Of a stretch of DNA of 64,000 bases, positions 28,077-37,801 are shown piece by piece. The stretch's first letter is position 1; each line of letters opens with the position of its first letter. The DNA comes from Borreliella garinii. Lineage in GTDB: Bacteria > Spirochaetota > Spirochaetia > JABEVK01. The notes beneath the pieces were generated by a model, which saw nothing but the letters and a program-made list of their open reading frames with translations, was not told where the DNA came from and made no database searches. The position numbers were made by a program, and so were the translations under genes. The DNA lies in contig DYOB01000002.1 of assembly GCA_020720765.1 (NCBI GenBank), positions 11,039 through 75,038 on the forward strand, given 5' to 3'.

Positions 28077-30191
28077 ATGTCTATACATTCTGTAAAAATT
28101 TCCCTCGGCTCCGAGGTCATGGTACTCGAGACGGGAAAAGTAGCCAAACAAGCCAATGGTTCCATTTATGCTACTCTGGGTGGGTCCGTTGTCCTGGCTA
28201 CTGTTTGTTGCGCAAGCTCGCCGACAGAGGGTCTGGACTTTGTTCCTTTATCCGTCGAGTATAATGAAAAATATTATGCTGCCGGAAAGATACCGGGTGG
28301 GTTCCTTAAAAGGGAAGGACGTCCCCGGGATAAGGAAATTCTTGTAAGCAGGCTGATTGACCGTCCGATGCGGCCTCTTTTCAGTAAGAAGTTCGCCCGC
28401 GAGATTCAAGTCGTACCTACGACAATTTCCACAGACCAAATTAATCCTCCGGATATACTTGGCATGAATGCAGCTTTTGCTTCGGTATTTATTTCTGATA
28501 TCCCTTTTAACGGTCCAGTCGGTGCGGTTAGGGTAGCAAGCCTCAAAGGTGAATTTATCATCAACCCCACTTTCGAAGAAATCGAAAACTCGGAAATGGA
28601 AATCGTTGTTGCAGGAAGCGAAGCCGGTATAACAATGGTTGAAGGCGGTGCAAAAGAAGTACCCGAAGAAATGCTGATTGCTGCCATCGAAAAAGCAGAA
28701 CCTTTTATTCGTGAGATCTGTAAAGCACAACGTGAACTTGCTTCTCTTGCCGGAAAGGCCAAACTCCCTTTACCAAATTTCGAAGAAACAGTTCTTGAAA
28801 ATGAGTCCTCGATTATTGAAGCGCTTCGTGGTCCCCTTGGGGAGGCGTGTTTCGTAATAGGTAAGTTTGAGCGTGTGAAAGCCATCGACCAGGTTAAGGC
28901 AAAGATCCATGAACAATTCAAGTCTAACATCGAAGGGAAAGAAGCGCGTTTTTCAAAACTCGTGGATAATCTCGAAAAAGAAATAGTCAGGGAATCCATC
29001 CTGAGTAAATCCCTTCGAACCGACGGTCGGACAACGACCCAAATACGTCCTATCACTTGCGAGATCGGACTTCTTCCCCGTACCCATGGTTCTGCACTTT
29101 TCACAAGGGGTGAAACCCAAGCGTTAGCCATCACCACACTCGGAACGGTATTTGATGAACAAATCATGGATGATATAGACGGTGACCGTCGTGAAAATTT
29201 TATGCTCCACTACAACTTCCCCCCCTTTTCTGTCGGTGAAACAGGAAGGTTAAGTACCGGACGGCGCGAGATAGGACACGGACACCTTGCCCAACGTTCA
29301 CTTGCCAACGTTCTTCCGAAAAAGGACGCCTTTCCATACACTATACGGGTAGTTTCAGAAGTTCTTGAAAGCAACGGTTCTAGTTCCATGGCCACAATCT
29401 GCGGCGGAAGTCTTTCACTTCAGGCGGCTGGTGTTCCCATGGGTGCTCCGGTTGCAGGTATTGCTATGGGACTGATAAGCGATGGAACCCGGTATCAGGT
29501 TTTAAGCGATATTTTGGGTGAAGAAGATCATCTCGGTGATATGGATTTTAAAGTTGCAGGCACAGAGAAGGGGATCACCGGGTTCCAGATGGATATCAAA
29601 ATATCTAATGTTACCAGGGAAATCATGACGAAAGCCCTTCAACAGGCGCGCGATGGTCGGCTCCATATTCTGGGAATTATGAGTCAGGTGATCAATGTCC
29701 ATGCTGCCAATATTTCCGCCTACGCTCCGCGCATTATTAAATTTCATATCGATCCAGATAAGATCGGTCTTGTGATCGGACCCGGTGGTAAAAACATCAA
29801 GGCTATAGCAGAAGAGTCCGGAGCAACTGTCAACATCGATAATGACGGTACAGTGACGGTTTATTGTTCAGAGATGAGCGGGGCGGAAATGGCCATTAAC
29901 AAGATTAAAGGCATGGTTGAGGACCCCGAAGTGGGTTTGGTTTACCAGGGAACTGTAAAGCGTCTCATGGATTTTGGCGCATTTATCGAAATTCTTCCAG
30001 GGAAAGAAGGACTTTGCCATATTTCAAAACTTTCCAAGGACAGGGTGAATAATGTTTCAGATATTCTCAAAGAGGGCCAGAGCGTTAAGGTTCGGCTTGC
30101 AGAAATCGATAAAATGGGGCGCCTGAACCTCAGCATCGTCGATGTCGATGAAGAAATCTGGAATTCCAATAAAGACACGCGGAGGAATTAA
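28077..30191 (+). CDS. pnp: Polyribonucleotide nucleotidyltransferase (PNPase).
   Basis: 704 aa with two RNase PH domains, then KH and S1 domains ([12 protein letters not shown]...; [20 protein letters not shown]). Confidence 0.95.
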   Translation: MSIHSVKISLGSEVMVLETGKVAKQANGSIYATLGGSVVLATVCCASSPTEGLDFVPLSVEYNEKYYAAGKIPGGFLKREGRPRDKEILVSRLIDRPMRPLFSKKFAREIQVVPTTISTDQINPPDILGMNAAFASVFISDIPFNGPVGAVRVASLKGEFIINPTFEEIENSEMEIVVAGSEAGITMVEGGAKEVPEEMLIAAIEKAEPFIREICKAQRELASLAGKAKLPLPNFEETVLENESSIIEALRGPLGEACFVIGKFERVKAIDQVKAKIHEQFKSNIEGKEARFSKLVDNLEKEIVRESILSKSLRTDGRTTTQIRPITCEIGLLPRTHGSALFTRGETQALAITTLGTVFDEQIMDDIDGDRRENFMLHYNFPPFSVGETGRLSTGRREIGHGHLAQRSLANVLPKKDAFPYTIRVVSEVLESNGSSSMATICGGSLSLQAAGVPMGAPVAGIAMGLISDGTRYQVLSDILGEEDHLGDMDFKVAGTEKGITGFQMDIKISNVTREIMTKALQQARDGRLHILGIMSQVINVHAANISAYAPRIIKFHIDPDKIGLVIGPGGKNIKAIAEESGATVNIDNDGTVTVYCSEMSGAEMAINKIKGMVEDPEVGLVYQGTVKRLMDFGAFIEILPGKEGLCHISKLSKDRVNNVSDILKEGQSVKVRLAEIDKMGRLNLSIVDVDEEIWNSNKDTRRN

Positions 30192-31406
30192 TTGCTTCTG
30201 TCCCATAGGACGGAAAATGGTCTGACTATACTTATGGAACCCCTGCCAGATAGGGCAGGGGTATCTATGGGTTTCTTTTTCTTGACATCAGGGATTCGAG
30301 AAACTCCTGAAACTTTAGGCTGGGTTCATTTGATTGAACACTTAATATTTCGTAAAACTCAAGATTTTTCAAGTATAGAAATAGCAACATTATCAGACGA
30401 ACTCGGCAGTGAGATCAACGGTTACACTGAAAAAGAGGAAATGGCCCTGACAATGACCATACCATCCGGGGCTTTGGGGCAAGGTCTTTCACTTCTTATG
30501 AATCTTGCATCCCGCGCTGAATTTTCGGAAGATGATTTAAAGCGTGAAAAGAAAATTATCTTACAAGAAATTAAAATGAATAGGGATGATACCGAAGACT
30601 TCCTTTGGGAAAAGTCCTTGCAGTATTTTTTTCCCGGTGAATTCGGGAAACCTATTCTTGGAACAATGGAAAGTCTTCGTAAAGCCGAATACTTAAAGGT
30701 TAGATCTTTTTATAAAGATTTTATCCGGAATACTCCTAAAGTCCTCATCTTGGCTGGAAACTTTCAACCGAATTTTGTGCTTGCGTTCATTAACAAATTT
30801 CCCCTCACTTCGGCTCCCTACCAACCCTTATTAACTCCGGATTTTTCTCGTCCGATAAAGAAGATTATTAAAAAAACTTCGGGGCAAGTGCATATTTTGA
30901 TTTTGGTTCCTATCAGGAAAACTCTGTCCTATGAAGATACGCTTTATTATTCCTTGTTAAATTATGCTTTTGGTGAGGGGAACTCTTCCAGGCTCTTTCA
31001 AAATATTCGTGAAAAATGGGGATTGAGTTATCAAGTTTACTCTAGTTTCCACCATGTAGGCGCTCATGGGGCGATTTCTTTTTATGGCGCGACTTCACCA
31101 CAGCGGGCAAAATTTCTCGAAAAACTTTTACTAAAGGAATGGAAAGCCTTTTGTTCCGATTTTTCCGAACAGGAATGGAACATTGCGTTTAGGGCCATGA
31201 ATTCACAGATTACCCTTCAGGTAGACCGCCTCGAATCCCGTGTAGATCGGATTTTTAATTCCTGGCATAAATTTCAAACAGTCATGTCGATCGAGGACCA
31301 AGTTAAAACATATGAAACATTAAGTTTTTCCCGGTGTGGAAGATACCTTGAATCGTTATTCGTTACTCCTTTCTCTGTCTTTATTCTCGAGGATGGTAAA
31401 GGATGA
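30192..31406 (+). CDS. M16 family (insulinase/pitrilysin-like) zinc peptidase.
   Basis: 404 aa with the inverted zinc motif HxxEH (GWVHLIEHLIF) and an M16 N-/C-domain architecture. The TTG start abuts the pnp stop. Confidence 0.7.
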   Translation: MLLSHRTENGLTILMEPLPDRAGVSMGFFFLTSGIRETPETLGWVHLIEHLIFRKTQDFSSIEIATLSDELGSEINGYTEKEEMALTMTIPSGALGQGLSLLMNLASRAEFSEDDLKREKKIILQEIKMNRDDTEDFLWEKSLQYFFPGEFGKPILGTMESLRKAEYLKVRSFYKDFIRNTPKVLILAGNFQPNFVLAFINKFPLTSAPYQPLLTPDFSRPIKKIIKKTSGQVHILILVPIRKTLSYEDTLYYSLLNYAFGEGNSSRLFQNIREKWGLSYQVYSSFHHVGAHGAISFYGATSPQRAKFLEKLLLKEWKAFCSDFSEQEWNIAFRAMNSQITLQVDRLESRVDRIFNSWHKFQTVMSIEDQVKTYETLSFSRCGRYLESLFVTPFSVFILEDGKG

Positions 31407-32860
31407 AGAATAGTTTTTGGTTTCTCCTCTTTATCTCTACATGGAATCTTTTCGCAACTGGAGAGAAGGAAGGCTCCTCTTTACCTCAAGTTAACACTCC
31501 TGGGAGCACCTTGATTCCCCTACCATCTGAGTTGTCTTCAGAAAGTTTTAAGATTCGTATCGAAACACAAGAATTAAACTTTTCTCCAGGTGAAGTGAAT
31601 CTTGAAAAATGGAAGAGATTGGAACAATCGGAAGAAAGCCTGAAGGTAGCGCTACTCGAACTCATTTTACATAGTCATGATATTTCCCCCCAGGAAAAAG
31701 CAGGAGCGCAGTATTTGCTCGCCAATCTTTTTTATGAGAATGGTTTATTTCTTCGAAGTATGGATTTGTTCATTCAGTGTCTTTCTTTGATTCAATCACC
31801 GCTCATCCGGCTGAGGATAGTTGAAATAGGAACCTTTTATAAAGATTGGAACCGTGATCAAATTCTTACAGGGCTTTCAGGATTAAGAAATTCTGATTTT
31901 AAACTTGAAAGAGATAATGATATCTTTCGGCTTCTCAGAGCAAAAACACTTTGGACCCGCTATGATGTTGGTTCTTGGGGAATGACGGAAAACAGCCTAA
32001 GCGCCTTGGCGCTCGACGGTGATGACCTATGGGCCGGTACGTGGAACGGTGGGATCTTTAGGTTTAGCAGAAGTACATTAACAGCAAAGGTCTTCCAACC
32101 AGGTCAATATAAACTAACCCCTAACTCAATTAAATCTATTCAGGTTGATCCATTTGCCGTCTGGTTTGCAGGACTTGATGGAATCCATCGGTATAATAAA
32201 GTCAATGAACAATGGCGCACTTATCCCCTTCCTCCTGAAGTACAAGCTGAAAGGGTTCAGGGGATGTATCGTATACATTCACGCCTTTACCTTGTAACCC
32301 TTGGTCATGGAATCTGGCGGCTTGATAGAACAGAATGGGAAAAAATGAATACAGGGAATGCCTCAGAAATGGTAACCATCCTTAAAGAAACATCAAATGG
32401 AAATGTTTTTTTGGGTACCATGGACCGGGGACTTTTCCTTTGGAATCCTGAAAGAAATACCCTGAATTCTTTTTTTAATTCTCAAACCCGATTACCAAGG
32501 AATATCACTGCGCTGGAAGAGGATGCCGAATACTTATGGATTGGCACGTATGGGGAAGGGTTGTTCCGTTTCAATAAAAACTCAAATACTATGACCCATT
32601 ACACCAAAAGATCGGGTGAACTGCCTGATGATTGGATTATGAGTTCCACGAGTTATCAGAAATTTTTATATTTCGGAACATTCGGCGGCGGACTCATCAG
32701 GGTTATTCCAGACCCGACTCCGGTCTTTACTCCTTTAGAGCCTTTTGGTTCCCCATCAGACATTCTTTCCATAGCGGTTCAAAGGGATTGGGTTTGGCTC
32801 GGTACACTAAAAGAAGGACTCGTTATTCTTCACCCGGAGGGTTTGGATGAAAATCGCTAA
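31403..32860 (+). CDS. Secreted beta-propeller repeat protein (two-component-regulator-propeller-like repeats), with a helical TPR-like N-terminus.
   Basis: Signal peptide MKNSFWFLLFISTWNLFA. Repeated W-x-GT-x-GG-hydrophobic blades (LWAGTWNGGIFRF, LWIGTYGEGLFRF, LYFGTFGGGLIRV, VWLGTLKEGLVIL). Confidence 0.55.
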   Translation: MKNSFWFLLFISTWNLFATGEKEGSSLPQVNTPGSTLIPLPSELSSESFKIRIETQELNFSPGEVNLEKWKRLEQSEESLKVALLELILHSHDISPQEKAGAQYLLANLFYENGLFLRSMDLFIQCLSLIQSPLIRLRIVEIGTFYKDWNRDQILTGLSGLRNSDFKLERDNDIFRLLRAKTLWTRYDVGSWGMTENSLSALALDGDDLWAGTWNGGIFRFSRSTLTAKVFQPGQYKLTPNSIKSIQVDPFAVWFAGLDGIHRYNKVNEQWRTYPLPPEVQAERVQGMYRIHSRLYLVTLGHGIWRLDRTEWEKMNTGNASEMVTILKETSNGNVFLGTMDRGLFLWNPERNTLNSFFNSQTRLPRNITALEEDAEYLWIGTYGEGLFRFNKNSNTMTHYTKRSGELPDDWIMSSTSYQKFLYFGTFGGGLIRVIPDPTPVFTPLEPFGSPSDILSIAVQRDWVWLGTLKEGLVILHPEGLDENR

Positions 32861-34136
32861 ACCCTCAATTTTAAATATGTACATATCGAAAGAAATCCTC
32901 TTTTCTTTTCTAGTCAGCTTCCTTCTATTTTTTGTTTTATTTTTGGTCAATCAATTTCTCGTCATGGCTGAACAAATACTCTCCCGCAGAGTGCCCTTCG
33001 TCGAGGTCGGGCTTTTAATCCTTTTTGCTATGCCCTCTGTTATAGCCTTGACCGCCCCATTTGCAACTCTCATAGCTACACTTATGGCTTCCAACCGTTT
33101 GAACGCTGACAATGAAATACTAGCCATGGAATCCTTGGGAATTAAAAAACGAAAAATCCTTATTCCATTTATTTTTTGGGGTGTGATTTTTACCTTAACG
33201 AGTTTCTTTGTCAATGATATCCTGATGCCAGTAGGGCATATCAACTACGTTCGACTTCTGAGATCTCTTATTTTCCGTGTGCCCGAACTGGAACTCAGCC
33301 CGTATACAGTGAGAGATTACCGGGACCTTATCCTTGTAACAGGCGACGTAAAAGATGGAGTTGTCCACGATCTCTTGATTTTCGACAGAACTACGGATAA
33401 TAAATTCCGCTCTATCAGCGCCCAATTTGCGAGACTGAAAGAATCCGATGAAAAAGCAGGCATCATTTCTATTGAACTCTATGGAAATGTCATGGGCATC
33501 ATCCCTGATCAAAGGATTAAGGAGAATTTTGAATATTTCCTTGCTGAAAAAATGGTCTATAATATTCTCCTTAAGGATGTCATAGCCTCAGCAAGTAATC
33601 CAACTGCGGCGGATATGAGCAGTTACGATGTTTGGTTGGAAATACAGAACAAACAACGGCTTCTCGACGACCTAAAAAATCAGAGAAAAATGAATCTAGA
33701 AGCTTTAAAGAGGGAACTAGCACAAAGTTACCAGGATGTTGGAAGTCAACTGAAAAAAGGGGTTTATGAGCTAACCACATTAGAATTGCCCCTTGTGCCG
33801 ATCTTGCAAAGAATCCATTCAGAAACAGCTGCACCCATCCAAGACAACACCCTTGTTGCTTGGAAATATGAATTCTATCAGAAGTTTTCAATTCCTATCA
33901 GCTGTATTCTTTTTAGCCTAATAGGTTTTCCTTTAGGTCTATTTAGCCGAAAAAGCGGAAGGATGATCGGCTTCGGTATTGGGCTTATCGTTTCTTTTTT
34001 ATATTGGGCTTTATTGTTGGGTGCGAGAAGGTTGAGCGGACAAATAGATTTCGACCCCTGGCTTATTATGTTCACACCTAACATTTTACTGATTATCAGT
34101 GGTATAATTCTGGTGAAACTGATGTTAAAACGATGA
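32847..34136 (+). CDS. lptF: LptF/LptG family permease (YjgP/YjgQ).
   Basis: 429 aa with N-terminal TM helices, a large periplasmic domain and C-terminal TM helices. Paired with a paralogous permease gene immediately downstream. Confidence 0.75.
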   Translation: MKIAKPSILNMYISKEILFSFLVSFLLFFVLFLVNQFLVMAEQILSRRVPFVEVGLLILFAMPSVIALTAPFATLIATLMASNRLNADNEILAMESLGIKKRKILIPFIFWGVIFTLTSFFVNDILMPVGHINYVRLLRSLIFRVPELELSPYTVRDYRDLILVTGDVKDGVVHDLLIFDRTTDNKFRSISAQFARLKESDEKAGIISIELYGNVMGIIPDQRIKENFEYFLAEKMVYNILLKDVIASASNPTAADMSSYDVWLEIQNKQRLLDDLKNQRKMNLEALKRELAQSYQDVGSQLKKGVYELTTLELPLVPILQRIHSETAAPIQDNTLVAWKYEFYQKFSIPISCILFSLIGFPLGLFSRKSGRMIGFGIGLIVSFLYWALLLGARRLSGQIDFDPWLIMFTPNILLIISGIILVKLMLKR

Positions 34137-35215
34137 AAATACTCGATAGGATGCTCTTGAATACCTTTCTACCGGTTCTGCTCGGGAGTTTGCTTTTTTC
34201 CATGTTGATGCTTGAGCTCGTTGATCTCTTTCAAAACCTCAACAAGTTTATCAACGCAGGTGTCTCCTGGTCTGATATTATCCTTGTTCAGTTCTACCAA
34301 CTTCCTAAAACCATGGGGTGGTCTCTTCCCATAGCCTTGCTCTTTGCGACAAGTTTCAGCATGGGCAGTCTTTACGCTAGGAACGAGCTAGTGGCGGTTT
34401 TTTCTGCAGGTATTTCCATAAAAAGGTTTACTTTGCCCCTCCTCGTGGCAGGAGCAATTCTCAGTGTAGGTTTTTTGTTTTTCGAAGACGCCGTAACGAT
34501 TCCTGCGAATAAGGACAAACGTGTTTTAACCGCGTCACTTCTCGGACAATATGAAAGCTTTAGTCAATCCAATGTAAGTTTTATCAGTGCAAAGGGTCGA
34601 ATTGTGTATAATGTTGTCTTTTTTAACTTTGAAACGAAAACCCTGAACTCGGTTACAGTGATCTTTCGGGATGAGGAAGGCAATTTGATCAAAAGGGTGG
34701 ATGCAGAATCAGCTGACTGGGCGGATGAGGTTCTAACGTTACGGAAGACTAGAATATTCAACTATAACAGAGAAACAAAAACACTCTTCGAATCGTGGGA
34801 AGAAAACTTCCACGACCCGGAAATGACCGAAGGATCAGAGATCTTCGAACAGCGTATGACCAAACTCGAAGACCTATCCTTAGCCCAGGCTATACCTTTT
34901 CTTCAAGGTCTTGAACAAAGCGGATTGCCATCATATAGGGATGCACTTACAGATTATTACCGAAGGTTGAGTTTTGCTTTCACACCTTTTATCGTAGTCC
35001 TAATTTCCTCCGCTGTCGGCGGAAGGATGAAGAAGAACATCCTTCTCATGTCGCTCCTTGTAAGTTTGGGAATTTCAGTAGCCTACTACGTCCTCCAAAT
35101 GATTTCCGGACTTCTCGGTCGTTTTGGATATATCCATCCCTTTTTTGGATCTTTTTTCGGAGTCCTGGTCGCCGGTGGCGTAGGCGTATACCTCTATCAT
35201 AAGGCCCGCACATGA
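34133..35215 (+). CDS. lptG: LptF/LptG family permease (YjgP/YjgQ), second paralog.
   Basis: 360 aa with the same architecture; overlaps its neighbours by 4 nt. Confidence 0.75.
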   Translation: MKILDRMLLNTFLPVLLGSLLFSMLMLELVDLFQNLNKFINAGVSWSDIILVQFYQLPKTMGWSLPIALLFATSFSMGSLYARNELVAVFSAGISIKRFTLPLLVAGAILSVGFLFFEDAVTIPANKDKRVLTASLLGQYESFSQSNVSFISAKGRIVYNVVFFNFETKTLNSVTVIFRDEEGNLIKRVDAESADWADEVLTLRKTRIFNYNRETKTLFESWEENFHDPEMTEGSEIFEQRMTKLEDLSLAQAIPFLQGLEQSGLPSYRDALTDYYRRLSFAFTPFIVVLISSAVGGRMKKNILLMSLLVSLGISVAYYVLQMISGLLGRFGYIHPFFGSFFGVLVAGGVGVYLYHKART

Positions 35216-36324
35216 TAGAGATATTCCATAAAAGTCAAGACGGTTCGAGAACCGGAAATCTGATTCTCTCAAAGGGAAAGGTTGAAACCCCGGTCTTTAT
35301 GCCGGTAGGTACGAACGGCACTGTTAAAGCCGTACTTCATGAAAACCTCCACAAATGGGGATACAGACTGATCCTTGGAAATACCTACCATCTGTTTTTA
35401 AGACCAGGAGCCGAAGTTCTGAGCAGGGCGGGTGGACTTCATCAATTTTCTTCCTGGCAGGATAATATTCTCACCGACAGTGGGGGATACCAAGTCTTTT
35501 CCTTACCGGGTCTTAGAAAAATCACCGATGAAGGAATTAAGTTTCAGAGTCATATTGACGGTTCTAGACATATGTTTTCGCCTCAGAGTGTCATAGATTT
35601 CCAAGCTTTAATGGGTAGCGATATTGCAATGCAGCTCGATGTCTGTACTGCTCCGGGTGTTACCTGGAAAGAAGCAGATAAGGCACTGGGTTTGACGACA
35701 AGCTGGTTGGATCAAAGTCTAAAACAGAGACTGCACCATCCTGGCTGGTCTGGAGAAGTTTTTGGAATTATCCAGGGCAATTTTTTTAAAGATCTCCGCG
35801 AAAGAAGTGCCTTAGAAATATTGTCCCTAAACCCCGATGGAGTCGCAATCGGCGGTTTAAGTGTAGGTGAAAGTCCCGACCAATTTGAAGAAACATTAAG
35901 TTGGGTCTCGCCGCTTCTTCCTCCTGATAAGGCGCGGTATGTTATGGGAATTGGAACACCGGATTTGATACTTTCCTCCGTTGCCCAAGGTATCGATATG
36001 TTTGATTGTGTTTATCCCACCCGAATAGCAAGGAACGGCACAGTGATGACTGGAAACGGACAACTTGACTTGGTTAAGAGCAGGTTTGTCCAAGATCATA
36101 GTCCTATAGATCAAAATTGTTCCTGCTCGGCGTGCAGAAACTATTCAAGGGCATTTATACGGCACCTTTTCAAGGCAAAAGAAATCTTAGGACCTATGCT
36201 TGCTACCGAACATAACCTCGTTTTCATGCAGGATTTTCTAGGAAAAATACGTTTATCCATACTAGAGAACCGTTTTCCTTCCTTTAGAAAATCTTTTCTC
36301 GAGGCTTACTATTCAAAAGAGTAA
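35212..36324 (+). CDS. tgt: Queuine tRNA-ribosyltransferase.
   Basis: 370 aa with Tgt motifs (TPVFMPVGTNGTVK, LGNTYHL, DSGGYQV) and the zinc site CSCSACRNYSRAFIRHL. Confidence 0.9.
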   Translation: MIEIFHKSQDGSRTGNLILSKGKVETPVFMPVGTNGTVKAVLHENLHKWGYRLILGNTYHLFLRPGAEVLSRAGGLHQFSSWQDNILTDSGGYQVFSLPGLRKITDEGIKFQSHIDGSRHMFSPQSVIDFQALMGSDIAMQLDVCTAPGVTWKEADKALGLTTSWLDQSLKQRLHHPGWSGEVFGIIQGNFFKDLRERSALEILSLNPDGVAIGGLSVGESPDQFEETLSWVSPLLPPDKARYVMGIGTPDLILSSVAQGIDMFDCVYPTRIARNGTVMTGNGQLDLVKSRFVQDHSPIDQNCSCSACRNYSRAFIRHLFKAKEILGPMLATEHNLVFMQDFLGKIRLSILENRFPSFRKSFLEAYYSKE

Positions 36325-36349
36325 ATGGAATATTCCTACGATTTATCTT

Positions 36350-37801
36350 ATGGTACTCACTGGAATTTCAAGGATCCTCGGGTTTCTCCGAAACGCGGTC
36401 ACCGTGTGGATTTTTGGAGGTGGGAAAACCGCAGACGTTATAAATGGGGTGTTTTCTCTTCCTAATGGAATTCGGAAATTTCTAGCCGAAGGAAATCTCA
36501 GCCTCAGTTATTCTGCACTTTTCGCCAGACTGACGGAAGAAGAAAAAAATAAAAAAGCCGGGAACTTGGTTCTCCAGCAACTTCGTTGGGTTTTACCCTT
36601 AGCCTTTATTTTGCTCTTATTCGGCGGGTTTATTTCCTCTATTCTTCTTCCTTTCACCGACACGGCTCAAAGAAACCTATCTTCTATGATGTTGGGGCCA
36701 GCTTTACTCTATATCCCTTTTGCTGTAATCTCAAGTGTTCCAGCAGGCATCCTTACCGCCCAGGGAAAGAACCATCTACTCACTCTGGGTTCTCTAGTTT
36801 TTTCAGCAACTGTTATTGTTTCACTTTTTTTCGTAAAGGACGGCACACTGATTTACTGGGCTTGGTCTATCTCCTTTGGAGGTTTTCTACAGCTCGTTCT
36901 CCTATTAATCTTTACAAAAGCTTGGAAATGGAGGTTTTCCCTTCAAAGGAAAATGTCCTCCAAATCTGATCTTCCCGAATGGATTACCACTCTGCTTTTC
37001 CATCTTTCAGGTGTAATATTCTTTCAGATTTTCATAGCAATCCTCACCCAGGAAAAACCCGGTGATCTCGCTGCATTCACCAATGCTTTTACACTTCTTC
37101 AATTCCCCCTTGGGATATTTATAAATTCCTTGGTGATGGAAAGGTATTCACACCTTACTCAATCCCATACGTCTGAGAGAATTTTGGGTCTAACTATCAA
37201 CGGTTCTCTAACAATAATTAACTTCTCCATTGCCTTAATTATTTTTATTGTTTTCTTATCCCAAGATATCGTTCGATTACTTTTCGAACACGGAGAATTC
37301 AATATGTTACAAAGCACGAATACAGGCCAGGTTCTTTTTTGGCTTTCCTTGGGTATCCCGGGCTATGGTCTTACTTTACTTTTTCATCGGGTCTACACTT
37401 TGTGGGGAAAACCCAGGAAAGCCCTAGTTCTTGGATCTATCGGACAAGCGGTTCCAATGTTCCTGCTCTTTTTCCGTAACCCAGCGATAGTTTCGCTTAT
37501 TTGGGTAACAGGAGTTTCACTGACAGCTCTATTATTATTCTTCTTTGATAGAAAATTATTCCTACTATTTCAAGACAATATTAAGTTCTCACTTTTTTCT
37601 CTCGCAAAAAGGTTTATCTTCCACATCAGCTTGTTTGCTGTGCTTTTGATATTTTCACAATTCTTTCCACAGGATATCAACATTTTACCCCGTTTTTTAG
37701 CCGGAGCCGGGGTTTGGGCAGTCAGTTGGGTGATTATGAGTTATATTTTGAATGTAAGGGAGATTCGTTTTTGGGAAAAATCCGATATATCTTTTTCTTA
37801 A
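36350..37801 (+). CDS. murJ: Lipid II flippase MurJ (MviN).
   Basis: 483-aa polytopic membrane protein whose N-terminus matches the MurJ consensus (SRILGFLRNAV...ADVINGVFSLPNGIRKFLAEGNLSLSYSALFARL). Confidence 0.8.
   Translation: MVLTGISRILGFLRNAVTVWIFGGGKTADVINGVFSLPNGIRKFLAEGNLSLSYSALFARLTEEEKNKKAGNLVLQQLRWVLPLAFILLLFGGFISSILLPFTDTAQRNLSSMMLGPALLYIPFAVISSVPAGILTAQGKNHLLTLGSLVFSATVIVSLFFVKDGTLIYWAWSISFGGFLQLVLLLIFTKAWKWRFSLQRKMSSKSDLPEWITTLLFHLSGVIFFQIFIAILTQEKPGDLAAFTNAFTLLQFPLGIFINSLVMERYSHLTQSHTSERILGLTINGSLTIINFSIALIIFIVFLSQDIVRLLFEHGEFNMLQSTNTGQVLFWLSLGIPGYGLTLLFHRVYTLWGKPRKALVLGSIGQAVPMFLLFFRNPAIVSLIWVTGVSLTALLLFFFDRKLFLLFQDNIKFSLFSLAKRFIFHISLFAVLLIFSQFFPQDINILPRFLAGAGVWAVSWVIMSYILNVREIRFWEKSDISFS

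Noticed and set aside
28406-29167. A 253-aa antisense ORF inside pnp, and similar antisense or alternate-frame ORFs at 15654..16142 in bamA, 53322..53834 in rpsA, 24255..24668 and 24956..25384 in infB, and 1399..1758 in oppC.
   Set aside because: They lie opposite or out of frame within highly conserved, confidently assigned genes. Their translations have no recognisable domains and are Arg/Ser/Pro-rich, as expected of antisense readings of GC-richer coding DNA.
36326-36466. A small ORF (MEYSYDLSYGTHW...) starting at the tgt-murJ junction in another frame.
   Set aside because: It overlaps the confidently assigned murJ N-terminus, whose translation matches the MurJ consensus. The murJ ATG at 36350 is the only in-frame start after the upstream stop.
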